Counted from the stretch's first letter, positions 12,184 through 25,327 are shown. The stretch: 64,000 bases of DNA from Lytechinus pictus (GCF_037042905.1 NC_087245.1:38070001-38134000); one strand, 5' to 3'. A program made the numbers and translations. The notes: generated by a model not told the origin, from the letters alone.

Positions 12184-14551
12184 CAGATCAATGATGTAAG
12201 ATAGGAGCACATCACTCTCCCTTAAAAAAAAAAAATGAGGATAAATTGAACGTAAACTAATCTGGCAATAAACAACACTTTTTGCTGTAAATTCAGAATA
12301 TCAATTTCTTCACAGATATTTACAGTGATATGTTTTTCATGTGTCCCATGGTAATTGTGTCATCCTATGCCAGCCCACACATGTAACAATTACATTTTTG
12401 AGCAAACCAAGCAATCACAGTGAGTGATGATATTGAGAGAGAGACTTCAAAATCATGTTTGATTGCAACCACACCATCTTAGATACAGAGCCCTTTGACA
12501 TAAAGCTTTGTGATTGACGTTGGAGCCGATTCTTACGATTGATCATACACAATAACCAATGCAATCAATCGTAGAAATCTGCCCCACGATCAATCGCTAA
12601 CCTTTTGTGCTAAAGGGCCCTTATCCATAAAGTTCTGATGTAGTTTACTAACACTAATATCTGTGAAACAATAGAATCGATACTAAGACCCGAGTATGAT
12701 GAAAATCACCAACACAGATCAGCATGTGTGGGCGCGTGTATTTTAACTACTTGAGAAAAGATCTGTCTACCATGCTTATTTTGAAAATTTCTCAGCAATT
12801 ATTCTTTCTCCTGGAACACTTGGCAAATACTATTTCATTAATTCATTCATACAAACACTTGGTTAGTCATTTACTAGGATTATATTCTAATCAATTCCAT
12901 GATTGCTGTTACAACTAGAATTTGCATGTAAGTTTCAGCATCACTACATCCCACAACACCCTTTCAGGGTATATTCTTTTAAAATATCAAATTCATAATT
13001 TCTTGGAATTTACAAGGCATGTCCTTAATTCTACAAATTATAAAATTAATAATTGTGGAGTTGTAAAAACATATTATCATTATATTCCAGTTCTCTGATA
13101 TTAACATTTTTAAATAAACTAAAATGAAAATCGTAAGATGTGCACTGCAAAATAGCTTGAACTTGACATTTCAGACTTTTCTGCAACAAATAATCAAAAG
13201 AATCCTCTTTCATATCAATGTAATCTATGAGAAAGCAACACAGTATGTAAATTCCATTGGAACAAGAGGGTATATTTTAAAGCATTCCTAAGGCATTTAC
13301 ACAACAAATTTTGATAGTAAGTACTGTATGAACACATACACCTTGATATTTGCACTTAGTATTGTACCAATACTAGATAAACATCTCCATATATACATTT
13401 TTTTTTATATCACTCTTCATAGATATATACAAAAAATATATACTATTCAACAGTCATACATTGTCGGCTTGCTCATGACAGAAATTTGGATTGTTACAAT
13501 CTGGGATAAGAATTGATAAAAAAAGTCTGAAAATCACCAAGAATGAGCCGGCTTTCCTACGGTGTGTTATCCTCACATTTTACGATTTATATATGATGTG
13601 ATAAATGATATGTATGATAAATAAATTTGATAAAATTAAATTGAATTTAATTGAGCCATTCTGTGCACAAAACATGCTTTCTATAGCTGAAAATGAAGTC
13701 TAAATTATTCAGACTTAAGTCTGAAAATTGGCACCTTGGTATAATCGCAAACCTAGATTCTGAAAACAATTGTTTGTTCTTACTTTCATATACCTGTCTT
13801 TCTCTATGTATTATTGTACAGTATGTCTTTCAAAGGTAACTGGGCATTGTGGCATTCCCTGCAATCAAGTTACACATGGAATTTACAAGTTAACGCAGCG
13901 GTTTGAGCCCCGGTCACATATTTTTGGATGGCGACGTTAAATGTCGGTCAAAGAGGTGAACAATCATATTTGATTGATACACATCTGTAAAAAATATAAA
14001 TCACACACAGTGGTAGAAAAGAAAAGATAGCAGCTCTGCAATTCATATTCCAGACATAAGAGATAAAGCATGATAGGTAGTGTTATAAGTTTGTATGGAA
14101 TATGCCAAAAAGGTAATTGTCTTGCTCTGAATGTTTCATGACCACAATAAGAGAATTTACAAAGACAAGATTAATGTTTATGCTACTTGATATGAAGAAA
14201 GTTTCACCCCCCCCCAAAAAAAAAAAAAATTTAATCGGAGGAATAAAGCAATATGAGATTTTATGACTCATGTATAATAAACAATAATCTTTCTTTCATT
14301 ATCTAGCTTGCATTATAAAGAAATAAAAACGTAAAATGTTGCCAATTTTTAACACTGTTCAAAATCAAATACCACCCAAGGATATTTGCATGAAGCTTAA
14401 CCTCAAACATACATGTCTGCCCTGGGAACAACAGGTTTTGGCTAACAGCAAATGAAACTTGTTTCAAGGAATATTTCCTATATGGCTTTCTGTGTAATGC
14501 TGGTATAAAGGCAAGATGATATCAGTGAATAAAGAGGATATATGGTGGGCT

Positions 14552-14613
14552 TCATCTCCGGAACATCTTCTTCATCCTGAGAGCTTTCTGCATCATAGGC
14601 GCCTTGGGCTTGG
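14552..14613 (-). CDS. ELOA: Elongin A coding exon 12 (terminal)
   Basis: tacag|..KPKAPMMQKALRMKKMFRR*; typical APMM.K C-terminus; phase consistent with exon 11. Confidence 0.85.
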
Positions 14614-14985
14614 CTGTACAAGTAAAGGAAAGAACAAAAACAACATCAGACTACTCGTACTCTAAGATCAAGCACAAAGCGGTTGTTTGCTATTCCTCCC
14701 ATAGTTACCAAAATATATGGCGAGCGCTCATTTGCACATGCCTCTTCCGTCTTATAGAATGCACTTCCTAATTATATGAGAAATATACATGATTTAGATA
14801 AGTTTAAGACTTCCCTAAAAAAGTATCTGTTTAACTTGTAATGAATTCAGTGCCCAACACTCTTTACTTACTTTCGAATTTCTTTCCTTAATTTAATCGA
14901 AGTGCATAGGGACATGCCTGGCTATGTGTTATGCGCTATAAAAGAACTGAATATTACTATTATTATAAACAAATATATATATATA

Positions 14986-15658
14986 CAGTGTGTCCCCCCA
15001 AAAAGGAAACCTGTCTTTTGAGCTAGATATCGTAAATCTAACATTTATAATAAGACTGAAATCTCCTCTATGATTTGAAATCAAACACTTAGTGAATTAG
15101 TCAAACATTGTGAAGTAAAAAGGTTTAATACTAAGGCATGTAAGAAACGATTTTTAGAATTTAAGAATAAATTTATTTTCCGCATAATGTTTGTATGTAT
15201 ATAATGGTATCATGCTATCATTATCTGTATACTGTCTTTTAACTTGAAATGTAATATGTTGGACAATTATTGTATTTGTAAGCATGCTAAAATTTCAGCC
15301 TTTTGGCTGCCATGTATGCAATTGAACTTGTCAAATAAATACCATTATTGAAAAAAGCAGAAAAGCACATGTGAATCTACACCCACTCTCGTTTCGAGAT
15401 TTATAGTGAAAGAAACTTAACAAAGAAAACAAAAGTATGCTGGTGAGTCATCCCATTCTTACACAACGTCACATCTTTAACAAATCTCCACTCATTTTTC
15501 TGAACAACTTGGTTTTGACATTGAATTTTCCAACTCTTCTAGATCATCCATGAGAAGGAAACAAAGAATCTAATGATTATGTAAATAAACCGTAAATTGT
15601 TTTGCTATGTTGAAAAATATAACTGGGAATCTAGTTTTTATTTTTGTCGGACATACTG
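14986..15658. mobile_element. Tc1/mariner-type MITE
   Basis: TA-CAGTGTGTCC...GGACATACTG-TA. Confidence 0.55.
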
Positions 15659-15958
15659 TATACACAGTATCCAGCAAAATTGACTACACGCCATACAAAA
15701 GTATCAATCTACCTCTTCAGATTGTAGCAACCATCACAGAAAACGCAGAATAGACTTTGTGTAACATATGAAGAAAAAAGAGACGAAAAGAACTGCACAC
15801 TTCTTCCTCCATTCCTCACTCTATACCGACCAAAACCTCAAAGAATGAACAAACAACCGTAAACATAGCAATTAACCCCCCCCCCATGAAGTATTTCTGT
15901 GCTGAAATGTGGGAATATTGCCAACAAATCGTTTTCCTGTGAAGATGACATGCCTTAC

Positions 15959-16309
15959 CTCTCCCTCTGTTGCTGGTGCTACCATTGCAACCACTCAAGC
16001 TGATGCTTTCATAAGATGGGTTCTCTCGGGCACCTCTGCTACCACCACCACCATCACCACTACTACCACCACCACCACCCCCTCCGGAGTGACTCCGCCC
16101 AGGCGAATGATCCCCGCTCTTGATGGTGCTGGTACTGCTGCTCCTGATGGGGCCCTGGTCTCCGGCATGCTTGGAAGGAACGTAGGGCTTGTGAGGGTTG
16201 CTTGGGGGGTTGGAGGTGATGCGACCGGTCCCGTGGCGGGCCTGCTGGCGCTTGATGTTCCGCGGGGGCTTGGCTGGACCGTTCACAAAAGCCATCTTGG
16301 TTAAACGTT
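15959..16309 (-). CDS. ELOA: Elongin A coding exon 11
   Basis: RLTKMAFVNGPAKPPRNIKRQQARHGTG then Gly/Ser-rich tract; AG/GT boundaries, phase 1-1. Confidence 0.9.
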
Positions 16310-17260
16310 CTGCATCGACAGAAGGGAACACACTCATGATATAGGAAAGCAATTACATACACTCATACACAAACAAGAATGAACAACTGATTTTAGACAG
16401 TGAACAAATATTCACGGCCGCCAAGGTGGTTAGAACTATGGTTCCTGATGTGACCCCGGAATGCAACTGTTGCATTCATGTCACTGAGGGGACCATAGTT
16501 TCACCAAACCTCCGATCGAAGGCTATATATATTTGATTTATATATGTCATCGGTATCAAATACAACAGATAGGAAATAGGATTTCATGAATCCCAGTCTT
16601 TGTGTGAGAACTTTTTAATAAAATTAAATGAAGGTGAATGGTCACTGCCTCTACAAGCATTGTTATCAAATACAAACTCCAAGTCCATGCATTTGATTTC
16701 AGCCCCGCCCATCAAGCCGTAGATATTTTCTGTACGATTTACGGCTTGAGGTACTATTACTGGCTTGTGATGTCATATTTCGGGATTCATGGTATGTTTG
16801 CCCAAATTCGTGACATTCGTTGGAACTATTTTTGGTCACATGACAGGGTCTGGACCAATCACCTGTTCAGATTATTATTATGACTGATATAATAATGCTT
16901 TATCGCTGGAAATACACTTTCTATGATTCCAATAAAATGTAGATGTGATGCGGCTTGGTAGGTTGATCCCAAGCATCCAGCATCAGATCCTACAAAGCAT
17001 TTCATGGGCCCAATTGTCAGGGGACAATAGTGACTCTATTGTATGCACGTGCATGGTCCCATACATTACTTTGTCATAGTTGATGCTGGATACCTCATTG
17101 CTATGAAGGAAGAGGGCTGAGAATGAAATCCCATAGCATTACTTGTACCTTTTTATTTCAACTTGCTTATGAAGTCATGTGTAATTAAGAGCACATTGAA
17201 ATTCTCAGTTCATTTTGATGGATTTATGGTATGGGCTAATGGGCATGATGAGTTATTTAC

Positions 17261-17342
17261 CTTGATCTTTGCTCTTAGCCATAGATGCACTGATGTTAGC
17301 AGTAAGACTCTTTAGCTTCTCTTCTCTTTCATCCATTCTCCT
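17261..17342 (-). CDS. ELOA: Elongin A coding exon 10
   Basis: RRMDEREEKLKSLTANISASMAKSKDQ; AG/GT boundaries. Confidence 0.9.
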
Positions 17343-17826
17343 CTGTACAAACAAACGAACAAACAACATTAGTTGGGGCACCAGTGATAAGGGCCATCAC
17401 AGTCATTATTGATAACCAAGGAGGGTTTCACCAAGATGTAAGTGTGACTTAGAGTCGCACTTATATAATTTCAGTTGCGTGCCGTATGTAACGCATCACC
17501 GCATTGGACAGTTCATGCGCACAGGACACCCACTACTGCCTACCCATCAAACAGATTAAAACGTGTGCATGTTGGAATTTTAAGCATGACTCTGAGTTTT
17601 AAATCATACTTCAGTCTTTGTGAAACCTCCTGTTGGGACCCAGTACACCGATTAAAAGAATAGAATACAAATCTAATATGATTTCCATCCAATAAATTTC
17701 ACTAGTCATATAAAAACTTTCCCGTTCCAGATTAGGGCTAGATATATCATTACTTACAGGCGACTGTAAACTTGCAGTCTAGTTAAGAATCCAACCATAC
17801 TCAACCATATGATGATATCATCTTAC

Positions 17827-17928
17827 CAAGTAGAGCTCCCTCCAGGTTTCCATTTCCAGAGGCTTGTATTTCCTGAAGTCTTTCTCTGCATGTGATTTCC
17901 AAAGATCATCGGTATCTTCTATCAGATA
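17827..17928 (-). CDS. ELOA: Elongin A coding exon 9
   Basis: YLIEDTDDLWKSHAEKDFRKYKPLEMETWRELYL; AG/GT boundaries. Confidence 0.92.
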
Positions 17929-18589
17929 CTACAGTTGTGAATTGCGACAAATACATGACACAAAAAAATTATTTATTTTACATGCTTCACATTATCTCCC
18001 CCTGACCTTGACATGTGTGATGTGAATTGTATTTTCTCATGACATATGTAGTGCTCAGAAGGAGGCAAGATGCAATTTGAAAGATAATGAGGAAAAGCTA
18101 AAATTTGTGTACAAAACAAAATGGAGAGTTGTCCACAAAATCAGCCATTTTGAAGCGCGTTTGCCAATGTCAACAATAAATAAAAATCTAATATCAATAT
18201 TGATTAACGAGATACCTTCTGCATTAATTCATTGCAGGTTAGTTCCAATCCTGTTACCGTATGGACTCCAAATTTATGTAAGCTTGCTTGGTGCAACTAC
18301 CTACAGATGGATTTTTCAGATGACATAACAGCACAATTTACGTACCATACATATTTTCCAATGACAAATGAAACATACATTGTGTCAATAAGAAATAGCG
18401 AGTGGGTGACATCGTCGGTACCTCATTGGCATACTAACCAGGAAGTGCACAAAACTGCTTTGTAAAGCTGTTTTTTTTTTGTTTAAAGTATCATAAACTT
18501 CTTATTTTACATCCAATTTTGATGATATTTTCAGCATTAAGCTTGTTTGATTATTCTCTTTTGATTCAGATAAACTTTGTCCCCTGCTT

Positions 18590-18782
18590 TAGCATGTCTG
18601 ATTTAGCGTAGCGCTCAAGTATTCAAGGCATTCCATCCTCTCGGGTATCCACTAACTACACTTGGCGGAGAGTGGCAAATGTAGGTAGACGCCTTGCCAA
18701 AGGACGCGAGTGCTGTGGTGGGATTTGAATCCCAGGCCTTGTGGTTCAAAGTCTGGAGACTTACCACTGAGCCACAAGACCT
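18590..18782 (-). mobile_element. tRNA-derived SINE (second family)
   Basis: Reverse strand GTGGCTCAGTGG A box and GATTCAAATCC B-box-like sequence. Confidence 0.6.
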
Positions 18783-18787
18783 TTACA

Positions 18788-19070
18788 ACAATAATAATAA
18801 ATAATAATAATAGGCATTTATATAGCGCCATCTATCTAGAAATATTCTATTCCGAGGCGCGTTGTTATTATTATTATTACCCTGGCTTTAGCTCGAGCTG
18901 CCTTTCAGCGCCCATGCATTCAAGGAATTAATCCTGCCGGGTACCAATTCACCTCACCTGGGTTGAGTGCAGTGGATAAATTTCTTGCTGAAGAAAATTA
19001 CGCCATGGCTGGGATTCGAACCCACAACCCTCTTTTTCAAAGTCAGAAGACTTATCCACTGGGCCACAAC
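18788..19070 (-). mobile_element. tRNA-derived SINE
   Basis: Reverse complement of the 8186 SINE head and body with a different (TTA)n-ended tail. Confidence 0.85.
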
Positions 19071-19098
19071 AATAAATATTGATTGAAAAGCTACTCAC

Positions 19099-19193
19099 TT
19101 GATTATAGTCCTCTAACTGGAGAAGCTGCTGGGGAGTACACTTTTCTAGAACAGGTTTGATGATGAAGTACGGCACACCAATCACATACAGAG
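19099..19193 (-). CDS. ELOA: Elongin A coding exon 8
   Basis: SLYVIGVPYFIIKPVLEKCTPQQLLQLEDYNQ; AG/GT boundaries. Confidence 0.92.
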
Positions 19194-19241
19194 CTAGAAC
19201 ACAAGGAAACAATAATAAGTAGACATTTAAGGGGTACTCCA

Positions 19242-19515
19242 GGGGCCCATCTTACAAAGACTTGCGATTGATCCAATCAATCGCAACTATGGATGGCCAG
19301 CAACGTCAACATCTATTATGCATAATTGTTCAAAACATTTTCCAGCTATGATGTATATTCATGCATTCATTGTTTTCTTGAAAATTCCCTTTCGCTTCTC
19401 TTTGTTCACCAAGGACATTGTGTAAATTTCCTGTAGTAAAAAATTATGACACTGATGGATTTCCATAGGGTTACCATTGATTGGATCAATTGTAACTCTT
19501 TGTAAGACGGGGCCC
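19242..19515. mobile_element. MITE inserted in the left end of a Kolobok-like element; related partial copy at about 47768-47990
   Basis: GGGCCCATCTTACAAAGA / TCTTTGTAAGACGGGGCCC ends interrupting AGGGGTACTCCAG..GCTGAAAAT. Confidence 0.6.
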
Positions 19516-19689
19516 ATGCTGAAAATGAGATCATCGGAATGAAAATAGTAAAAACCAATGGACATGATGCTGAATATTTCATCAAAAATCTCCTAAGAAA
19601 CAAGGCAGAAGCCAGATTTTGTCTCACCCATCCATGACTATAAAACATGTAGGTTTCTCCAAGAACATCTCAATCCAAGTTTGATTTCA

Positions 19690-20310
19690 CAAAACATAAA
19701 CAAACAAAAAAATATACCAAAAAGAAACAAAAACAAAACAAAACTACAAAAGGACAACAGTTGGAGCCCTGCCCCCCCCCCATATTTTTGCCCCAATGGG
19801 CAATTTTAATTACAGCAAAAGATAACTTGCACATTTACAAAAGTCAAATAATTACATGAATTATACAAAGAAAAGCTTCAACATACTCCATTTCACAATA
19901 ATTTTTTTCTCTTCCCATCCAAATCATAAATGTAACATTTATCTAAATAATATGTTTTAATTGACTTTTGTATCTTTTCAAAAATCAGGCATAGTCTTGT
20001 TCAGCATCGAAAAAAATAATTGTTGTTTTACTAATTAATCATTCGATTCAAAACATTATTTCGCTTTTCTTTGTATCCATACAATACTTTCTGTGGAGTA
20101 GACTTAATAGTTAACAGAGGAGATGATATCCACGACTCTACTTTACTCCAAATATATCTACTGAAATTACAGAAGTAAAAAAAGTGTTCAATTGTTTCCT
20201 TTACAGTATTACAAAATGTACAGCACTTTGTATCGATGATCTTCAGTTTAAATAGAATACATATCATTTAAAAACACAATTCTGTTGAAAACTTTGTATT
20301 GGAAAATTTT
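19690..20310 (-). pseudogene. L1/Tx1-type non-LTR retrotransposon 3' relic
   Basis: CTFCNTVKETIEHFFYFCNFSRYIW zinc-binding motif typical of ORF2 C-termini (ORF 20031-20267). Confidence 0.7.
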
Positions 20311-20916
20311 TAGCCTGATCTGAATCTGAAAATCATCCTATTAAAATCAGGTATTATAGTGTGAACAGTTTTAGTCTTACCTTCACCTCAAACATTAAAT
20401 GTGTTGAAAATTTCAGGACACAATCTTTGTATAGCTCTTAATATCTGATTTTTAACCCTAAAAAGTAAGTGCTAAAAGGTCTGCTTTAATAGGAGGGTGC
20501 GAGATGACTTAATTCAAATTCAAATGGCTGGAAACCAAATCAATAAGCACTACACTTACTGACCATTTATACCGGAGCTTAAAACAGGCTTTAAAATGTC
20601 ATAATAACTTCCGTATTTCACATCGAATGTTGATGACTTTTTTTTTAACTTAATATTCTTCTTTAATTTATCTCTTTTTCTTCAAATCACATTACTATTT
20701 GGGTGGACTTAGAGATTTATTAGCAAATGCTGCTTATAATGACTATAATTTTTTGTAAAATATGCCAATAAATATGAAGGCATCTGGAAAGTATGTACTA
20801 TTCAAATAGATACAGTATTTCATGAGGACTTTTAAATAACTGCTGAAAAGAGCTAAATGTAAATGTCACATAATATAATTATCAGAACTATAATGAATAT
20901 CTTGGTGTATACTCAC

Positions 20917-20970
20917 AGTCAATATTATCCATCAGAATTCTCATGCACGCATCAAAGAGAGTAGGGACAC
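20917..20970 (-). CDS. ELOA: Elongin A coding exon 7 (BC box)
   Basis: VPTLFDACMRILMDNID matches the Elongin BC-binding box (TL...C...L). Confidence 0.92.
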
Positions 20971-21168
20971 CTGTGAAAAAAAGAGAGAGATGGATACATT
21001 GTATTTTAAGTTTTCTTGGTAACAAATTAATCCTTTCATCTGTTATTTGATAGTCAAAAGTTAATTACACTTAGGGTTAGCAATTGCTTTAGACCCCCTA
21101 CTTCCCCCCAGGTCGGAAGTACTGGAAAAACTTATAAATGCTTGCAAGTACTGAAGATGTACAGGGAG

Positions 21169-21579
21169 CAGACCTGCCAACCTTCTACAAAAAAAAAGTA
21201 TTCTTACAAGGAAAAAAAAAGTATTTTTGACAAAAAAGAGTATTTCTAAAAATTTGTCTCAACGTAACAATCACCAGCCTGTTGTAGTGAGATCGGTGAA
21301 AAAACATGTGAAATTACTCTACTAGAAAATTTGATAATTCCCCATTTTAAACATATGCGTATAGGCGAGAATTTACTTGTTCTTTTCATGCAACAAGTTA
21401 CTGGCCAGAATATGATTTTTACTGGTCTGGGACTAACGGACCGGCGCTAGTGTCACGCGCTGTGTATAATACATACTCCATGATCAGAATTTTTGAAAGA
21501 GTAACAAATCATAAAAAAAAGTATTCATAGCAAAAAATAAAAAACAAATACTTTAAAAAGGGAACGGTTGGCATGTCTG
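21169..21579. mobile_element. hAT-like MITE
   Basis: TIR CAGACCTGCCAACC / GGTTGGCATGTCTG; same TIR family as 32530-32965. Confidence 0.7.
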
Positions 21580-22037
21580 CTGTAGGCCCCCTACTTCCCG
21601 CCCAGATCGGAAGTACTGGAAAAAAAAGTAAATGCTTGCAAGTACTGAAGATGTACAGGAAGGTACAGGGGAATGATAGAATATGCTCGAGAAACACCTG
21701 GACAAAACCTGCAACATTCCAGAAGGATATTTTGTAGAATTTCCCTGCATTTCTAACCATATCCAACTTTTCTTTCAAAATTAACGAGGCAATATTTACC
21801 ACCAGTATTTCCACTCCAGTCAACCCTGATAATATCATTGCTGTTCTTTGGTCGGGAAAAAACAAATAGAGCAAAACACAGTTTTAAGTAATATATAATA
21901 TCATGTACATGTACAGTTCCTGGATAAGAATATCTTTAAGGTAAAAGAGTTTGGCTTTGTCAGTCTCATTTTACCTCAGCTGGTGACGAAGTTACAGTTA
22001 CTTTGATCTTTTGCTTTTTCATATTCTTTCTACTCAC

Positions 22038-22127
22038 TTGATACTGTTTGTCTTGCTCGTCCCGAATAGAGTTTGGTCCTTTGGTGCTTTGACCCAATGT
22101 AAGATCCTTCCTCACCCACACCTCCAA
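22038..22127 (-). CDS. ELOA: Elongin A coding exon 6
   Basis: VGGVGEEGSYIGSKHQRTKLYSGRARQTVS with YSG motif; phase 1-1. Confidence 0.88.
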
Positions 22128-22709
22128 CTGTACATGAAAATCAAAATCAAACTATTGAACATGAAGTTACAGCAAACAATGGTTTCATGAAGTAGAATTT
22201 CTTAAATGAATTACGTACCTAAGAATAAAAGAAATCTGTCATTGTTGAAACATTTGATTTTGATTTGATTTGATTTATTTATTTACCAACAATATTCACA
22301 TGTTTACAGGTTATGAAACAAATTGCATAACAGTTACACATGTATAAAAATACGATGGTAAATGGGACCTGAAAATAGCACAAGTGCTAATCGAGCCTGA
22401 CTTCACAAATATTACGAAATGCACATAAAAGGAAAAACAAAAATTTATATTGCAATATATTCCTTGTAAAGGGTAATCATCAATATTTGTTTTAAAGTAT
22501 CTTAATTGTATTAATTATCTACTGTAGACTTACATGTTACTGACATGTTACATGTTACTCACAGCTACTCACTCTCGACTCTCTTTCATTACTTCAATTC
22601 TAATCATTTTTATCATTATTATCTAAATTTTTATAACAAATATAAGAAAATTAACCAAAGCCTTCAAAATAAATTCCATCATGATATCTACAATAATATG
22701 TCCATAATA

Positions 22710-24605
22710 CACTACTCAAAAAAAGTTAAGGACCACTTTTTAAAACGTACATAAAGATTTTATACAAGGTGTTTTATTTCTGGAAATACCTCAGTACAAC
22801 TGTCCTAAATGTCCTTAAACATGCTGTAATCAATTTCACGCATGGGTGGTTTCAGTTGTTGCACAATGTCTCTCGCATCACTGCACATCCTGAAAAGTGG
22901 GCCCCGAGGGGTATCAGCTACCGACATGAAGTGGTAAAAACGAATGTCTGAGTGTCTTTCAGGCAGTTCAGTAACGAGTGTGACCACCTCCTGCAGCAAT
23001 AACGGCTTCACAGCGCTGTCTCATGGAGCTGATGAGGCGATTGATGTCTCTGACGTCCAGTGCATCCCATGCAGCCTCCAGAGCCACACCCAGCTGCTGC
23101 AGTCCAAGTGGATGGGCTTCGAGCTGCTCGAGACTCCTCCCCATCATGTCCCAGACGTGCTCTATCGGGTTTAAGTCCGGGGACCTCGCTGGCCACTCCA
23201 TACGCTCAATCCCCTGGCCCTCAAGGAACTCGGTCACCACCCTAGCTCGGTGGGCACGGGCATTGTCATCCATGAAAATGATGTTTTGTCCCACATTTTC
23301 TGCAAATGGCACCACTATAGGTTCAAGGACCTCATCCCTGTACCTCACTCCTGTCATTGCTCCCCCTGGGACCACGTAGAGACGAGTACGGTTGGCGTAG
23401 GTGATGCCTCCCCACACCATGACGCTGCCTCCCCCATAACGGTCATGTTCTGCAATACAGGGGTCTGCAAATCTCTCTCCTGGTCGCCTCCAGACTCTCG
23501 AACGTCCATCATTGTGGTCAAGGGAAAATCTGCTCTCATCTGTGAACAGAACTCTACGCCATTGCTGTCTGGTCCATCTGACATGCTCCCGGGCCCAGTT
23601 GAGACGAATTCTTCTGTGAGCAGGGGTGAGTGGGACACACTGAGCTGGCCGTCTGGCATGCATATTGGCTCTGTGAAGTCGGTTACGGATTGTTTGAGTG
23701 GAAACAATCACTCCAGTTGCTGCAGCGAAGTCATTGTTGAGGCGGCGTGCACTGTGAAAGCGGTTGCGGAGGCTGAGATTCGTCAAGTAGCGATCATCTC
23801 TAGGGGTTGTCGAAACTGGTCGGCCACTGCGGGGTCTCTCGGAGTATAGCCCTGTCTCTCGGTGTCTTTGATTTGCTCTGCTAATGACACTGTGTGACAC
23901 GCCCATCATTCTGGCTACTCTTCGCTGACTGAGGCCAGCTTCCAGCATCCCTAGGGCTCTGGCTACATCTGTTTCACTTAGGTGGTGTCTTGGCATTGCT
24001 GTTGTAGGCAAGTTGTTGATTGTACAGACTAAAGACGGAAAATGCTTTGGAAGACACTTGTCTTATGGCCCACTGCAATGATGCCAGAGACATCATGAAA
24101 GAACTGCATGTGTGAAATTGATGTCATTGTGTTTGATGGCATTCTGGACAGCTGTATCTTGGCATTGCTATTGTCAGCAAGTTGTTGATTGTAGAGACTA
24201 AAGACAGAAAATGCTTTGGAAGCCACTTTTGTACGGGCACATTGCAATGATGCAAGAGACATGAAAGAACTGCATGTGTGAAATTGATTTCATTGTGTTT
24301 GATGGCATCCTGGACAGCTGTATCTTGGCATTGCTGTTGTCAGCAATTTGTTGATTGTAGAGACTAAAGACAGAAAATGCATTTGAATCCACATTTGTAC
24401 CACTTCACAATGGGCCCACTTTTCAGGATATGCAATAATGCGAGAGACATCATGCAACAACTGAAACCACCCATGTGTGAAATTGTTACAGGGTGTTTGA
24501 GGAGATTCAAGACAGCCATATTCGGGTATTTCTAGAAATACAACACCCGGTTTGAAAATTGTATACACACATTAAAAAGTGGTCCTTAACTTTTTTTGAG
24601 TAGTG
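22710..24605 (-). mobile_element. Full-length Tc1-family DNA transposon
   Basis: TA TSD (22708-22709, 24606-24607); 34-bp perfect terminal IR CACTACTCAAAAAAAGTTAAGGACCACTTTTTAA within about 195-bp imperfect TIRs; transposase ORF. Confidence 0.95.
22968..23996 (-). CDS. Tc1-type DD34E transposase, 342 aa, intronless and intact
   Basis: Paired-like HTH, GRP motif, VLFTDESRF, FMDDNARAH, SPDLNPIEHVW with 34 residues between second D and E, C-terminal GGHTRY. Confidence 0.95.
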   Translation of the reverse strand: MPRHHLSETDVARALGMLEAGLSQRRVARMMGVSHSVISRANQRHRETGLYSERPRSGRPVSTTPRDDRYLTNLSLRNRFHSARRLNNDFAAATGVIVSTQTIRNRLHRANMHARRPAQCVPLTPAHRRIRLNWAREHVRWTRQQWRRVLFTDESRFSLDHNDGRSRVWRRPGERFADPCIAEHDRYGGGSVMVWGGITYANRTRLYVVPGGAMTGVRYRDEVLEPIVVPFAENVGQNIIFMDDNARAHRARVVTEFLEGQGIERMEWPARSPDLNPIEHVWDMMGRSLEQLEAHPLGLQQLGVALEAAWDALDVRDINRLISSMRQRCEAVIAAGGGHTRY

Positions 24606-24772
24606 TATTTATAAATACCATAGGTAAATAAAAAAACAATAGGTCATTAAAAGACATTTGAACAGCATACAAGAATAGCTTTAATGAAAGCTTGAAATCT
24701 CATGTCTACTATGACAAAATATACAAGACAAAATGAATAACAAAAGGTTCAGTTATTATCTCTTCTCTTTGA

Positions 24773-25327
24773 AGGACAAGTCCACCCCAACAAAACGTTG
24801 ATTTGAATGAAAAGAGAAAAATCCAACAAGCATAATAGGCCTACTGAAAATTTCATCAAAATTAGATGTAAAATAAAAAAGTCATGACATTTTAAAGTTT
24901 TGCTTAGTATTACAAAACAGTTATATATGCACATCCTGGTCGGTATGCAAATGAGGAGACTGATGACATCACCCACTCACTATTTCTTTTGTATTATATG
25001 AAATATTCTTATTTTCTCCTCATTGTCAAGTGAAACAACGATTAATGGTTCAGTCAAGTTTGTTCTTATTGTCAAATCTGTAAAAAAAATGAAATATTGT
25101 ATAATTGAAACAATAAAAAACAAAAGAAATAGCAAGTGATGGACATCATCGATTAACTCATTTGCATGTCACCGAGTTGTGCATATCACTTTGTGAAAAA
25201 TAAGCGAAAATTTACAAACCATAACTTTTATATTTTACATCAAATTTTGATGAAATTTTCAGTGTTATGCTAGTTTGATTTTTCTCTATTTATTCAAATC
25301 AACATTTGTCTGGGGTGGACTTGACCT
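24773..25327. mobile_element. Kolobok-like MITE
   Basis: AGGACAAGTCCACCCCA / TGGGGTGGACTTGACCT ends, TTGA/TTAA flanks; same family as 40901-42565. Confidence 0.75.

Noticed and set aside
5920..14550. Additional gene between LDAH and ELOA
   Set aside because: No exon-like ORFs found; consistent with 3' UTRs/intergenic DNA plus repeats; UTR ends cannot be placed without transcript data
15909..16304. Thr-rich plus-strand ORF
   Set aside because: Antisense shadow of ELOA exon 11
16395..16895. Possible Crypton-like non-autonomous repeat
   Set aside because: Only a general resemblance; no termini could be defined with confidence
23023..23849. Plus-strand ORFs of 118 and 199 aa
   Set aside because: Antisense shadows of the GC-rich transposase gene with no recognisable motif
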